Assembly: GCF_000315625.1 (NCBI RefSeq)
Contig: NW_005434580.1
Coordinates: 174,036 to 238,035, forward strand
Direction: 5' to 3'
DNA length: 64,000 nucleotides
From: Guillardia theta CCMP2712
Taxonomy: Eukaryota; Protista; Cryptophyta
The notes beneath the pieces are model-generated. The model was not told the origin of the DNA and did no database searches. It saw only the letters and a program-made list of their open reading frames with translations. Below, piece by piece: positions 32,820-46,037 of this stretch. The position numbers were made by a program, and so were the translations under genes. Position 1 is the first letter of the stretch. Every line of letters starts with the position of its first letter.

Positions 32820-35800
32820 TCATGTCGGAACAATGACCGGCAGCCCTATCAATTTATTGGCAGCACAAACAGGACAACTTTACAACCTGAAATCAATCAA
32901 ATTAATGCCGATATCAATGCCCTTTATTCTAATGTCGATGTGCTCAATGATGAGACAAATTTATTATTTAATCGATATGAGACGATCGAAGCGCTTGCAA
33001 TTGATACATCCAATAACCTAATATCAACATCTAATCAATTATATGAAGGTATCGAAGACAATTCAAATGAGATCAATTTTATTCTCCGCCGCATTAATGA
33101 CCTTTCACAGACCGAAGAAACAGTCATCATGAACCAAATGAGAATGTTGATCTATTTGAAATATGATCTTGATCTTGAAAAATCAACAATTAAATTCGCT
33201 TTGGAAAATGGAAGCTTGATATCTATTCAATACATCAAAAATAAATTAGATGAATTAGCAGGAGCTGACCAAGCCGAGGATGCAGAGGATGCAGCAACAG
33301 ACGCAGCACAGGCAGGGGCCGATGCTGTCAATGCAGGCGGCGGATTTGCTGGCTCTGTTGTTTCGGCCGTTGCTGGTGGTATTTTTGGAGCACTTGGGGG
33401 CTCTGCCCTCGCTATTCCGTCCATGATAGAGGCGGCAGCTACTAGGGAAGCAGTTATTGCTTTGATGCGATATCTTCAAGATATAGATGATCAATTGAAA
33501 GTTCAAGATGATGTCATTAAGGTTTATTCAAGAGACCTTATAGATGGTGAAAATTTAGGCTTTGGATCTAATCTGAATTTTATATATGATTTAGAAATTG
33601 TGACATTGCCTAATGGCTGCAATGTCAATAAATGGACAACTCGACTTTTAGGCGAACAGATCTTAACATTAGGCGAAGAATTGACAGAAGCCGAATTAAA
33701 TCAATATGTATTTGGTAGCAATTATGAACTACAAACATTAAAAGAACATAAAAATGTTTTCAAAGGCAAGACATTATTTATTGATGATATTATTGCGCCT
33801 AATATCTATACCAAAAGCGAGACAGATAATGAGATATCAAACACTTCAAACATATTATTTGATGTCATAAGAACAGAATCAAACATATTATTTGACGCTT
33901 TGCTTGACTGCGTCAACTTAATAAAAACAGAGTCAAACATATTATTTGAATATATACAAGATGATGTCAAAAACACTTATGATAAAATTGTTTCTAGTCC
34001 ATGGACAAGCAATATATCTTCAATATCTATTAATTACAATGGCAAGGTTGGCATTGGAAACGCCGAGCCTATGGGCCCGCTTCACATTGGAAATCCAAAT
34101 GTGTTTAGCGATGGTCATCTTATCCTAAGCTATGGAACCGGAGGATATGGAACAAATTTCCGGATTGGCTATAACTTTTTAGATAATTATTTAATGATGG
34201 GAGATTTTACAAGTGATTCTTGGAAAGGTCAAATAAAGATAAACCCTGATGCCTATGATGGCGCTTTTGTCATTGAAAACGACGGTTCAATTCTGCTCGG
34301 TTACAAAACGGCAATACTACCCACAGGAAGAAAACTTAAATTAAATTCTGCTGGAAATTTTGACGATGGGGTTGAGATTGTCGGAAATCTCACGGTAACA
34401 GGTGAGATTGTGGGGTTGCAAGATATCATAAATAATACATCCAATATTCTATATGAAATCATACGCGATGAATCAAACATATTAAATAATACAATATATT
34501 CAGAGTCAAATATATTATATCATTATCAAAAAACAGATTTTAATCTGTTATATGATACGATATATTCAGAATCTAATATATTATATAATTATCTGAAAGA
34601 AGATTATGATATATTACATGATAAGATATATTCAGAATCTAATATATTATATAATCATTTGAAAACTGATTCAAACCTATTAAACAATCATATATATACA
34701 GAGTCAAACATTCTTTATCATGTGATCAACAATGAAATAAAAAACTCAGTGAATACAAATAATTTAACAGTCAATAATTCTTTAACGTTCTCGGATAAGT
34801 TAGCTTTGAACAACAATAATTTAAACATAACATATCCCCTTTCATTATCACCAGTCAAAGGAGATGTGTATATTGGGCCTAGCAGTTTGACAATAAGAAA
34901 CTTATTGAATACATCTTATAATAACATTGAATTTACCGGAACGGTCGAAGATACATATAAACTTAACATATCAACATACAGACTTAATTTTCAAAGCAAT
35001 CAAAATTTAATAGTCAATGACCTTTTATTTTCTCAATATATAAACCTTTCTTTTTGGTGGAGATTTGACAACACGAACGAGGCAAGAAACAACGGAACAC
35101 AAGAATATAGACTTTTTCAAATCAAATATGAAAATAAGAATGGCAACGATGATTTTTATGATGGGACTGAATTTTACTGGATTATTTCAGATGATGATTC
35201 TTTACCTGATAAATTTTTGGGGCTGCGGGTCAAGATTGTATATATAAATAATTTACAACAAAGGGTTGAGAATTTGAGGTCCGTCATCATTAACAATAAT
35301 TTTGCGAATGATAAAACATTGTTTTACGATTGGAATCATTACGCTTTCAGCATATCCAAAGATATATTTAAGGTTTATCTAAATGGTGCTTTGGTGGCAA
35401 TGGATATCACGCCACCGACTGCGAACTGGTATCAACTACATCCAATTCAAATTTATAATTATAACATTAGAAACTACATCCTAAAAGATGGGAGATATTC
35501 AGCTAATAGGGGAATATGTAATATTGTTATGAATGCCACAAATGGCATATGGTCTGATGATGATGTTTATAAATTATATAATGGTGATGTCAATAACATG
35601 AAAACAAAGATAACGGGAGGGCTACAATTAGATCATTTGATATGTAATAATATATTATATGGTGGTGCCTCCCTAAATTTGAATAATCAAACAGTCAGCA
35701 CAGAACAAAGCCTATCAACAAATAATAATATACGACGGAGCTTAACCATTAACAATGAACCAGCCAAGACAGACATCAAAGATTTATTTGATTCAGCAGA

Positions 35801-38800
35801 TAGACAAGGAATACTAAAGATATATTTTGATGAAGCACAACAAAGATATGTTTCTACAATTGAAACGTTTCAGCTAAATTTTAAGAACACAAAAGACGGG
35901 GATGTTACCATAACTCTAAATAATTATAATAGTCAAGATATAACACTAAAAGATGGAATTCAAGGCCCTCAAGGCCCGCAAGGCCCGCAAGGAAGCACCG
36001 GACCACAGGGAAGCACCGGACCACAGGGAAGCACCGGACCACAGGGAAGCACCGGACCAAAGGGTGATAGGGGCACGAACGCCGGTCAAATCATATTTAA
36101 AAATTATGATGGAACGGTTGAATTAGCAAAAATCGGCGATTCTAATGTTTCAAGTGCCTCAATCAATATTCCAAAAGGAACAAATGCCGGAGAGTTGAAA
36201 TTTTATAATGCTGATGGGACTGAATTAATAGGAAAAATTGGAGATGCCAATGTTTCGAGTGCTTCAATTAATCTGCCAGCAGTTGGCCCAAGGGGTTACG
36301 CCGGTGTGAATGCTGGACAGCTTAAATTTTATAATTCAGATGGCTCGACATTATTAGGTCAAATCGGAGATTCTAATGTATCATCTCAATCAATAAATTT
36401 ATATAGTGCCGGTGTGAATGCTGGAGAGCTCAAATTTTATAATTCAGATGGCAGTTTATTATTAGGTAAAATCGGAGACCCTAACGTTTCAACTGCTAAT
36501 ATAAATATACCAGCAGGAGAACAAGGCCCTCAAGGCATTCAAGGCATTCAAGGCGTTCAAGGAATTCAAGGAATTCAAGGCGCAACAGGACCAGCCGGCA
36601 CAAACTGCCCCGAGATTGTTTTATTAGACAGTCAAAATCATGAGCTTGTGAGATTTGGTGATTCAAGCGTTTCAACTCAAACTGTCATACTTCCAAAGCT
36701 ATATGACGATACAGACACAAGCAATTATCTATACACAAATGAATATATACAACGTCATGAGCTAGAAGATACAAGCAATCTATTATATGAAGATATAGAG
36801 CTATATAAATTTAAACCTATTGATTATCTTGTCAATGATGGAGGAGATATCTTCTTGTTCGATGAATACACAAACAAAACTTACAATACAACAAATTCAG
36901 AACTTCAATTGACTAATTCAAATAAGTCTGTATCTCTAATATTTGAGGATAAGCAATATGATAATGTCTTGATTACTCCTGAACTTTATAACTTTCAGTA
37001 CTCGGCCGCAGGCACAAGTACACTAACACCTACAATATCATATACAGGGCCTACGCCTGAGATAGCTTGGTATAAATTTAACGATGATTTAATAAATGAT
37101 ATAGATTCAATAACAACCATAACAATAACAAATGGGGCTTATTCGTTCTCATCAATTACTAATAAACAAGGTAAGAGCTTATCACTAGATAGTAAAAATA
37201 TAGATGGTTTATCTTGGACACGGTGGAACAACGGATATGCTGTATATTCTGGCACTGTTAATTCAACTGGAACAGACACAAATATATCAAATGATTTCAA
37301 TGTTACAGCTGAAGAAAATTTTGCAGTTGAATATGTAGGATATTTTTATACAAATTCCTACTCGGGAACTTTCACATTTTACACATCAAGTGATGATGAA
37401 AGCTACCTATGGATTACATCCGGAGGTACAGAGACAATGGTAGTAAATAATAGTGGAAAGCATGCGACACAAGAAAGAAGCGGCACAATTACTCTAAATT
37501 CTTATACATATTATCCTATACGTGTTCGTTTCAGTGAGGCAACAGGCGGCAATTCAATTACCGTCAATTTTGCCGCTTCTGGATTGACAAAGACAACAAA
37601 CGGAAGCGGATTTTATTATAACAGAATAAACACAAATGTTTCAATACCAGACATCATATATAATGGGTTTCTTACTTTCGCTTTTTGGTTGTATGCTAGG
37701 AGTTCTAACAATGAAACAATAATTAATTTAAGCGATGGTATAAATAACATAAAATTATATATAATTTCTGGTGTAGTATCTATAAGCATAAATGGCGTTA
37801 ATGATACAGCAACAGGTCAATCGATTGATTTAAATACATGGACACATTATAGCTTGACAATTGGAAATTCAATAAATCTATACAAAAATGGGAATAAATA
37901 CACGTCTTCACTCACTAAACCGACCAACACAACATTTAACAAAAATAAATTAGGGTTAAATTCTGATGATTCAGGTTATACATTATTAGCAAATTATCAA
38001 GATTTAAGATTTTACAATAGAGAGCTTTTAGAAATCGATGTTAATTTGATAATTGGATATTCAGGACAAAGAGCCTTAACAGTTCAGAACTTTGCTAAGC
38101 CTTACACCAACGCGCAAATCGATGATAAGATTGATAATATTGTTATCCCAGCTGGCTATAGTGATACAGATGTACAAGCATATCTAACAGCCAATGATTA
38201 TGTCACATTATCAGACATACCAGCTGGATATTCTGACACTGACACACAAGCATATTTAACTACAAATAATTATTTAACAAGTGGAACACAATTTATAAGA
38301 AGCGTTACAGGCAATCAATTAGCTTTATCTTTTACACCTTTTACATCAGCAAGTCAATATATACAATCGGTTAATTCATCTTACTTTAGCGTTACAGGCA
38401 ATCAATTAAGTCTAAGCTTCACACCTTTAATATCATCAAGTCAATATATACAGTCGGTCAATTCCTCATTTACTGTTACAGGCAATCAATTGAGCTTATC
38501 ATTTACACCATTTACATCAGCAAATCAATTTATCCAATCTGTCAATTCTTCTTTTACTGTTACAGGTAACCAATTAGCTTTATCATTTACACCATTTACA
38601 AGCTCAGACCAATTTATAAAATCTGTCAATACAAATAATTTATCGGTAAACGCTAGCGGTCAGCTGGATATAATAGCTGTTCCATCAAATTTTATAAGTT
38701 CAGTGTCAAACGATTTCAATGTATCTTCTGGATTATTAAGCCTAGCTAATAGCTATGTCCTTCAAAGCACTTTTAATGAACTTTTTGGTAGATTGACATG

Positions 38801-38801
38801 A
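32817..38801 (+). CDS. N-terminal part of giant fibre protein: SNIL coiled-coil repeats, LamG-like domains, collagen repeats, PA14 domain, shaft repeats
   Basis: 1994 aa with GPQGST/GIQ collagen, PA14 motif [12 protein letters not shown]...NNSGKH and WNHY/WTHY LamG motifs. The stop codon falls just past the element boundary in host-like sequence. Confidence 0.9.
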   Translation: MSCRNNDRQPYQFIGSTNRTTLQPEINQINADINALYSNVDVLNDETNLLFNRYETIEALAIDTSNNLISTSNQLYEGIEDNSNEINFILRRINDLSQTEETVIMNQMRMLIYLKYDLDLEKSTIKFALENGSLISIQYIKNKLDELAGADQAEDAEDAATDAAQAGADAVNAGGGFAGSVVSAVAGGIFGALGGSALAIPSMIEAAATREAVIALMRYLQDIDDQLKVQDDVIKVYSRDLIDGENLGFGSNLNFIYDLEIVTLPNGCNVNKWTTRLLGEQILTLGEELTEAELNQYVFGSNYELQTLKEHKNVFKGKTLFIDDIIAPNIYTKSETDNEISNTSNILFDVIRTESNILFDALLDCVNLIKTESNILFEYIQDDVKNTYDKIVSSPWTSNISSISINYNGKVGIGNAEPMGPLHIGNPNVFSDGHLILSYGTGGYGTNFRIGYNFLDNYLMMGDFTSDSWKGQIKINPDAYDGAFVIENDGSILLGYKTAILPTGRKLKLNSAGNFDDGVEIVGNLTVTGEIVGLQDIINNTSNILYEIIRDESNILNNTIYSESNILYHYQKTDFNLLYDTIYSESNILYNYLKEDYDILHDKIYSESNILYNHLKTDSNLLNNHIYTESNILYHVINNEIKNSVNTNNLTVNNSLTFSDKLALNNNNLNITYPLSLSPVKGDVYIGPSSLTIRNLLNTSYNNIEFTGTVEDTYKLNISTYRLNFQSNQNLIVNDLLFSQYINLSFWWRFDNTNEARNNGTQEYRLFQIKYENKNGNDDFYDGTEFYWIISDDDSLPDKFLGLRVKIVYINNLQQRVENLRSVIINNNFANDKTLFYDWNHYAFSISKDIFKVYLNGALVAMDITPPTANWYQLHPIQIYNYNIRNYILKDGRYSANRGICNIVMNATNGIWSDDDVYKLYNGDVNNMKTKITGGLQLDHLICNNILYGGASLNLNNQTVSTEQSLSTNNNIRRSLTINNEPAKTDIKDLFDSADRQGILKIYFDEAQQRYVSTIETFQLNFKNTKDGDVTITLNNYNSQDITLKDGIQGPQGPQGPQGSTGPQGSTGPQGSTGPQGSTGPKGDRGTNAGQIIFKNYDGTVELAKIGDSNVSSASINIPKGTNAGELKFYNADGTELIGKIGDANVSSASINLPAVGPRGYAGVNAGQLKFYNSDGSTLLGQIGDSNVSSQSINLYSAGVNAGELKFYNSDGSLLLGKIGDPNVSTANINIPAGEQGPQGIQGIQGVQGIQGIQGATGPAGTNCPEIVLLDSQNHELVRFGDSSVSTQTVILPKLYDDTDTSNYLYTNEYIQRHELEDTSNLLYEDIELYKFKPIDYLVNDGGDIFLFDEYTNKTYNTTNSELQLTNSNKSVSLIFEDKQYDNVLITPELYNFQYSAAGTSTLTPTISYTGPTPEIAWYKFNDDLINDIDSITTITITNGAYSFSSITNKQGKSLSLDSKNIDGLSWTRWNNGYAVYSGTVNSTGTDTNISNDFNVTAEENFAVEYVGYFYTNSYSGTFTFYTSSDDESYLWITSGGTETMVVNNSGKHATQERSGTITLNSYTYYPIRVRFSEATGGNSITVNFAASGLTKTTNGSGFYYNRINTNVSIPDIIYNGFLTFAFWLYARSSNNETIINLSDGINNIKLYIISGVVSISINGVNDTATGQSIDLNTWTHYSLTIGNSINLYKNGNKYTSSLTKPTNTTFNKNKLGLNSDDSGYTLLANYQDLRFYNRELLEIDVNLIIGYSGQRALTVQNFAKPYTNAQIDDKIDNIVIPAGYSDTDVQAYLTANDYVTLSDIPAGYSDTDTQAYLTTNNYLTSGTQFIRSVTGNQLALSFTPFTSASQYIQSVNSSYFSVTGNQLSLSFTPLISSSQYIQSVNSSFTVTGNQLSLSFTPFTSANQFIQSVNSSFTVTGNQLALSFTPFTSSDQFIKSVNTNNLSVNASGQLDIIAVPSNFISSVSNDFNVSSGLLSLANSYVLQSTFNELFGRLT

Positions 38802-38881
38802 CAGGAATGACGGAGGTAATCAGTCATTCTCTTCATTCATTCTCAGATGCTCACGAGCTTCTTAATCCGATCATCATGACT

Positions 38882-41800
38882 TCAGAACTTGGTGCCATCC
38901 ACACTCGGAACGTTCCTCTCAACTCCTCGCGTGTCCGGCCCGCTGTAAGTCAGAAGCTGGTACACCCCACCATTGCCCTGGTACCCGGTAAGCAGGACCT
39001 TGTGATCCCCAGCTGAAAGGGTGATGGAGCCGCAAACTTTCCTAGGGGGATGCTCGTAGTCGTTTTCTAAGATCGTCCTGCCGTCCACGTAGACGTAGGA
39101 GCCGTCGTCAGAGGTGGAGCAGAAGGAGTAGGAGCCCTCCTCCGTAACCCGCACCTTGCCGTACACCGCCCATGCGTAGTTGCCTTCAGGGCATGAGGGG
39201 ATGATCCTGCGGAGGTCATTTAGGTCGCCGAAGTAGACGGTGGAGATGGTAGCCTTGTCAACAAATTGCAACGAGCTCATGTCGGGCACGCGAGAAAGAT
39301 AGCTGGAGGCCTTGTACAGGTACATCGTCCACTTTGATGGGGGAGGGATGGCTGGGAGCGACTCTACGGGTGTGCTGACCATGCGCTGATCCAAGTTCCT
39401 TGTGTCTGGACCCGAGTAGGTGGCGACTTGGTAGGCTTCTCCGCTGCGAAGGAAGCCCTCGATGCGGATGGCAAAGCTGCCGACGGCAAGGCTGATGCTT
39501 CCGCACTTTCTCTGCACGTTGTGCGTGCCGTCATTGCTGGCGACGAGCTGGTTGTCGACGTAGAGGAAGGAGCCGTCCTCGGAGGTGGAGCAGAAGGTGT
39601 AGGAACCAGGCCCTTTGATATCCACCATCCCATAGAAGACCCACGCGAACTGCGAGGAAGGCGTGTCACCGACGATCTGCTTGAAGTCTTGTGTCCTGGT
39701 GAAGTACAGGTCTTGCACGCTGCCCTGCCCTACATAGGTGAGGTAACGCCAGTACGCGTCTGCCATGTTGTAGAGGTCTGCGCCTTTGAACACCCGCAGA
39801 GTCCACGAGGAGGCCGCTGGCTTTTGTGGAGCCCAGGCGGAGGAGCAAGTGAGGTAGCGCAAGACGTTGCCAGTGTCAGGCCCGGCGTACTGAGCGATGA
39901 GGGAGGCGTCGCCCTCGTACTTGAAGCCTGTCAGGAAGACCGTGTGCGATCCCTTGCTCAGCTCCAGCTCGCCGCACTCCTGCCGGGCCCCATGCGACCC
40001 GTCGTTGTCAACCACCAGAACCTCCTTGACGTACAGGAGTGACCCCTCGTTGGACGTCACGCACATCCTGTATGTTCCTGCCGCCCCCACGCTGAGCTTA
40101 CCATACACGGCCCACACGTAGTTGTACTCGGGCGTTGAGGGTACGATACTCTGAAATTCACTCCTGTCGTAGAAGTTGATGTACTCGCTGTTTCCTTGCC
40201 CCACAAACTGCAGCAGGCCCAATGCTGGCGTGTAGTCGAGCTTAGACACGTGGCTCTGGTAGATGCGGACGAGGAACGAGGAGGATGGCTTGTTAGGAAG
40301 GTTCGGCAAGTTGCCAGCAGAGGATCCCAGACTTTTGACGAGCAGCTCAGCTCCTCCTGTGTCAGGCCCACTGTATCTCAGCTCAGCATGCAGGCGGCCA
40401 GAGCCCACGAAGCCCTCGAGCGTCAGCTCGTGCGAGCCAGCGTCCAGCTGGGTAACAGCGCACTCGCGATGCTCCGTGTGCTCCCCGTTGTTCTCGACGA
40501 GCAGGCGGCCTGCCAGCAGGACGCGCGAGCCGTCGGAGGAGGTGGTACAGATCTGGTAGTCCCCAGCCTTCACCACCAGCAGTGAACCATAGAAGATCCA
40601 GAGGACGTTGTTTGTGGGCGTGTTGGGGATAAGGGATTGAAGCTCGCTCATGTCCTCCATGTCCACCTCTTCCAGTCCTGTCTGCTCACCTATCATCTTG
40701 ACCATCGGGACATCAGGGATTTGCTGCCAACAGCCGTCAGAAGTAGCGCCCCTCCCTCCTCCTTCCCTCTCTTTGTCCTGGAACCCCGCCCCCCCCCCAT
40801 CCCCTTCCTCTCTTCGCCCTCTCTCTCTCCATCCTGTCCTCCCTGTCCTCCCTCTCACATGAAGAGCCTTGGGGGAGCTAAAGGTTCGAACTCCCCAGTC
40901 TGATTCCATCGGTTCTTTGGGCAGGTTTCCTGTCGCGTCTTCACTTCTCAAGAGCATGAAGTTCTCGCCAGTGTCATGACCCCTGCATCATCGATCAGCA
41001 GCTCGCACCAGCACAAGGGCTGCCTCACTTCCAGAACGCATGCAGCACGAAGTTCCCTGTGCTCAAGAAGCCGCGGACCTCCACTGGCACCAGACCGTTC
41101 GAGACTTCGTAAGTACCGCACACGTGCTTTTCCTCGTGCCTCCCGTCGTTGTCCACCACCAAGTTACCGTCGATCCACAGCTGGGAGCTGACAGGCAAGT
41201 CAGCGAGGATCGTGAGGTTCGCAAGCACCTACCCGTCCGAAGAGGTTGTGCACCACTGGTACTCGCCTCCCCTCTGCACCAGGACGTTGCCGTAGAAGAT
41301 GGCCATGAAGTTGGAGGAGGGAAGATGTTCGAAGTACTTGAGCTGATGTCAGCATCGCAGCAAGCATGTCAAGGATTCTAAGGACCTTGCGAAGTTCGCT
41401 GGTGCCCTGGAAGTTGATGTAGGGGATGGTAGTACTTCCAATATGGTATAGAGCCAGCAGGGAAGGCATGTATTGTAAGGTGTCGTCGGCTTCGTAGAAG
41501 CGGACAGTCCAGCTCGAGCGAGGCCTCTTGACAGCGCTGGTGATCTTAGAGAAGACAAGTCAGGCCGTTGGAGAACAGAGAGGGCGAGACGAACCAGCAT
41601 CGACTTTGCGCGATCCTTCCAGCCTTCCCAAGACAAGCAGTTGATGTCTCTAGGGCCTACGTAGGTGATCTTGTTGCCTTGGAAGTACTTGTCAGAGAAC
41701 AGAGTGACCTGCAGGTGTGTTAGGCGAGAAGGTGGATGACAGCGGCGACCGAAAATTTCTCAGGGATGGAGAGGGAGGCAATTTCGTTGGGGTTCAGCTT

Positions 41801-43470
41801 GCACTCGTGCAAGCAGCACATCTCCTGATTGTCATCGCATTCCCCGTTGTCAAATCTCTCCCACTCCCCTTGACGCATGCTCTGAGACCAGGAAGGCTCT
41901 TCTTCGGGATCCAACGGATCCAAGCAGCTTCCTCTGACAACAACCTTGTCCTCCTTGTAGCTGCAGCAATGATTATCACCCTTTCCCTTGTTCTTGTCCC
42001 TCACCTCTCGACGCATTTGTCGGGGATGTAGCATTCCTCTCGCAAGTGCCGGACAGTCTTGAAGATCGGCCTCACGTTCTTGCGCTCTCCCTGTACGAGT
42101 GTCAGCCCTGTGTCAAGCAGGTCATCGTTACCAGTTGGTCGTTATTCAGTCCCCAGCAGCACACGCCGACATCGTCTGAATGCGTACACTCCTCGCCTCC
42201 ACATGACTTTGGACAGTCGCCGATGTCCAGCTCTGATCCGGCGCCTGCAAGAACGTGAGCAGCAGAGACAACCTTGCTAGGCGATACAAGCAACGTGGGA
42301 GAGCCATATGGGTCCTTGTCCTCCTCCCTTCTTGATGGCCTTTCCTCCTTCCTCAAACCCAAGGCTACGACACACCACTTGGGCCGACAGCTGCGTGAAG
42401 CCGTACAGGCAGACGGTTCCCCAAACCTGGGCAGGAGAGCGTCAGACGCTAGCGGGAACGAGGGGTCAACTCACTCCGTTGTAGTGCGTCTCGAGTCGAC
42501 AAGAGCTGAAGTCACAGTCCACCAGCCTCGTCCATGCGTCGCCCCCCCCCGGGCAGAAGTACCGCCCGGGGGTCCAGCCGTCATCTGCCGGGGCTTCGCC
42601 AGCGAGTGAGTGCGGGCGCGAGGCAAGGACGGGTTGCTCACCAGAGCCCTGCAGCCCGTCAGCCCCAGAGGGGCCCGAGATGCCGTTCGGGCCGATCAAG
42701 CCCTCTTGTCCTCGGTCACCTTGGCCATGGTCAGGGGGAGCTGGGAGTCTTGCCGTCTTGTTACCGTCAAGACCCATCGGCCCTTGCTCTCCGGGCCCTC
42801 CCATGACCCCCGGAGGTCCCTGGATGCCCCGCGGTCCTTGCGGACCGCTTGCTCCGTCAAGTCCGTTCAGGCCAGGGTTACCATTCATTCCTGGTAGAGA
42901 TTAGCTGGGGTTAGACCAGCGGTGGTACGGCCTCCTTACCTGGTAGGCCGGGTGGTCCACTAGGAAGTGAAGTCATTCAACAAGAAGAGGCCGCGCAGGG
43001 TGACTTACGGGAGCCCTTGGATCTCGTGATATTGTGCCTTGATGTCATCAGATTCCTTGGTGTTGAACTCTACAACCTCCCTCTTGACATCTGAGACCGT
43101 GGAGGCGACGTACTCTTTCAGCCCTTTCTCCGCAGCGTCGAGATTCTCCGACATCTTCAGCGACTTTGTCAAGGCTGACTTCAACCTGACAGACGCGCCT
43201 GAGCTCATCGAAACATTCTGCTCTTTCATTCTCTCACCTCTTCATCCTGCGTTTCGATTGACTCTCCTCTTGCATGAACGCCTTCGGAATCACAGGCGAC
43301 TGGTCAGCGTCGGAGATTCCTGCGAACGTGTTCTGCATGTCCCCTGACATCCCGTTGCTGATCCCCAGCAACTCGAATGCCTTCTTCGAACCAGTCGCCG
43401 CCATGAGCACCAGCCCGGCGAGGACGAGCATCCCGATGGCTGCGACGGCTCGCTGCCGTCCAAACGCCAT
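38882..43470 (-). CDS. Host membrane/secreted protein: TM - coiled coil - collagen - SRCR - multiple PA14 domains (multi-exon)
   Basis: N-terminal hydrophobic helix, GXY repeats at ~42640-42960, SRCR motif CRLE..YNG/WGTVC..GF....AQVVCRSLG at ~42360-42500, and repeated C.TS.DGS..Y....VV.NDG.H PA14 motifs in 38882-41300. Confidence 0.8.
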
Positions 43471-44720
43471 GAAAGCGATGGCCTGCTCCAAGAGGCGTCA
43501 TGACCCCAATTGACACGGTCCCACCACCCGCACCCAGAGTTTTCTCCTACTACCCACCTTAAAATCCTTAAATGAACCCCTATTTACTCACCCCCTGTAC
43601 ACCACCACCCCACTGTTTTTTCACCCCCCACCCACTCTTCTCCTCTCAACCATTCGCCTAAAAAAAAAAGCCTAGACTGGGTATCAATGAATCCATTTCC
43701 AACCCCCCATTTCCCCTTGGAGTACCCCCACTTGGGAGGCCTTGTCGTCTAGAGGGGCACAAAGAGTCATATCAAGCAGTCATAAGCACCCCTGCTCCTC
43801 ACCTCCCACTATGAGATTTCAAATAGGCGTGTAAAAAGATTTGTGAGAGTTCTAGAGTACCCACCTCTCATCTAACCCTCTGGCAATGGTACAATGAGGG
43901 GTCACGCATGCCATCCTCATATTCGCAGTTCCACCCCGGGCCTGGGTGACCGCAGTACGGTAGCCCGTGGTTGCCACCGCGCGGCATATTCACCGGGCCA
44001 GTGCTGGAGCCGGGAGTCCCTTGACAGTGCCAGGCTATATGAGAATGCAACATGCACGCCGAGTACGGTAGATGAGGCCGGGCTGAGGGAAAGGACGGAG
44101 GCGACAGCGGCTTCGCTTCCTGACGGACTGTTCGGGCCTTCGCTCTCCTCCTCCCCCCGGGCCCGACTTGACATCCCGGCCGATGGCCCGGCCCGTTTGA
44201 CCGACCGAGACCGAAGGGTAAAGGTGTAGAGGGAGGAGGAAGGTGGGGTACAAAACGAGGGGAAATTAGGGGGTGGATGCAGGTATCTAAAAAGTTTTAA
44301 ATTTCCACAAGTTTATTTTGGCATGTTGACTAATATTTCGTTATTCAATTTGAAATCTTTGGAATCTTACAAGAAAGTTTCATCCCTTTCGCCGAAATCG
44401 GGACCGCAGAACTAGAACTAACTCCTCATGGCTGCGGGAGCTGTAGCCTGGGAGAGGGAGGAGGGAGGCAGGACAGGCAGCCAGAAGCCAGGAACGAAGG
44501 GCCGAAATGGATGGAGGGATAGAAGTATGGAGGGAGTATGGGAATAAGGAGGAGGAAGAAGCAGAAGACAAGTTGATGCCAGAAGAGAAGAGAAGAGGGG
44601 AGAACAAGGGAAAGAAAGGATCCGTTTTTCTGGATTGATAATAAGGTCTTGCTTACTGATTGCAATCGTAGGAAGGCCTATACGTCAGTACGGATAGCAG
44701 GGTTTTGAGAAGGTCCCATC

Positions 44721-46037
44721 ATGAGATTATTTGGCAAGAAGAAAGATACGCAATCAAAGGTGAGCTTGGAATGACGTGAACGGTAAAAGCGCTGACTTCC
44801 TCCCTTCAGGGCGGTGTCTCTCCAGAGGATGCGATCAAGAGACTGAACGAGACAGCTGAGGTGATAGACACCATTGAGTAGAGGGTGATAGAACACTGAT
44901 GCAAATGTTCGGGCAGATGTTGCGCAAACGACAAGCGTTCTTGCAACACCAAATCGACGGCGAAACGGAGCAGATTAAGAAGCTCTTGAAGGTGAAAGCG
45001 AGAGGATAAGGGATGTTGAGATGTTTCTCAAGCATGGAATCATTATCAGGAGAAGAAGGATCCAAACAATCGGAAAAAGGCTCAAACTGTCTTGAAGAAG
45101 AGAAAGTTGAAAGAGGTTTATCGTTAAACCGCGTCCTGCTTCTGCGGTAAACTCCTATGCAGAAATCGGTGGATACTCTTGAACGGCAAATTATGAACCT
45201 GGAAACTCAAGTTCTAAGTAAGACATGAAAGATTTTGTCTCAGACTTGAACCATTGACTTCAACATACTTTCAGCTCTACAAGAAGCGGTCGTTGGTGTA
45301 GACGGATATAAGGCACAGAGAGTGTTTACGGACGCCATGAAGAAAATCCACGAGGGCATGTACGAACCTCAAGGAGGAGGGGCGGATCGAGTCGTGATCC
45401 TTTGCCTGACAGGAGCATTGATGATGTTGAGGAGCAAAACATGGATGTTCAGGAGCAGGTAAAGATTGCCTTGCCATGACGGTCTTGGTTGGGTTACTTT
45501 GAGGCTACCAGCTGCAAATTGCAAGCGAAATATCGGAAGCACTAGCAAATCCGGTTGGGGGACAAGAGTTTGACGAGGTTGTCGACTTGACTCAGAGAAG
45601 AGGGAAGGAGGAGATGATTCGATTTGCAGGATGAGCTCAACGCGGAGCTAGAGGAGTTGGAGCAGGAAGAGATGGACAAGGAGGTGATAGTAGCAACCTT
45701 TGCGTCCCCTGTTGCTGTGTCTTCCAGAACCCACGCATCCTTGCCATGTTTGCCCTGTTTGGTATCCAGATTCCTCACCTTGTTTTCGCAGCTCACTGAA
45801 GTCTCTGTGGGGGATCTCGAGCTGGACGAGACGGCGATGCCTGCTGCGCCGAAAGGTCTTTGCCGTTGTCTCGTTCCTTCTCTAACTCATGTGGATGTAG
45901 GAAAACCCATCCTCATGCCTGCACCTGCACAAGGTAAAGTCGTGCTCTCCGAGCCCTGTGTGCCCCTGACAAGAGCATGTGCAGCCGAAGACGAGGAGGA
46001 CCGCCAGCTGCAAGAGCTCATGGAGAGCATGCAGTAG
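44721..46037 (+). CDS. ESCRT-III Snf7/Vps32 (CHMP4-like), multi-exon
   Basis: Exons give MRLFGKKK, LERQIMNLETQ, AMKKIH, IASEISEALANPVG, DELNAELEELEQEEMDK and EDRQLQEL. Confidence 0.85.

Larger units (their letters stand above)
12753..38793. mobile_element. Endogenous Polinton-like virus (PLV) with tyrosine recombinase; right 6.8 kb inverted
   Basis: Abrupt switch to AT-rich, intronless, tightly packed ORFs at 12753 and back to host-like sequence at ~38794. Carries capsid, packaging ATPase, primase-helicase and tyrosine recombinase genes plus ~0.8-kb terminal repeats. No pPolB or rve integrase seen. Confidence 0.93.

Noticed and set aside
15568-35247. Short antisense or alternate-frame ORFs inside viral genes (e.g. 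15568-15879, 18967-19416, 21137-21466, 32509-33021)
   Set aside because: Shadow ORFs overlapping longer motif-bearing genes or the terminal repeat.
32008-38793. Start of a second, tandem PLV copy
   Set aside because: The gene after repeat 2 differs from the gene after repeat 1, no genes are duplicated, and this ORF joins the 990-aa ORF in frame at TAGAT.
12753-38793. Canonical Maverick/Polinton or virophage
   Set aside because: No protein-primed PolB, retroviral-type integrase or cysteine protease recognised, and no 6-bp TSD.
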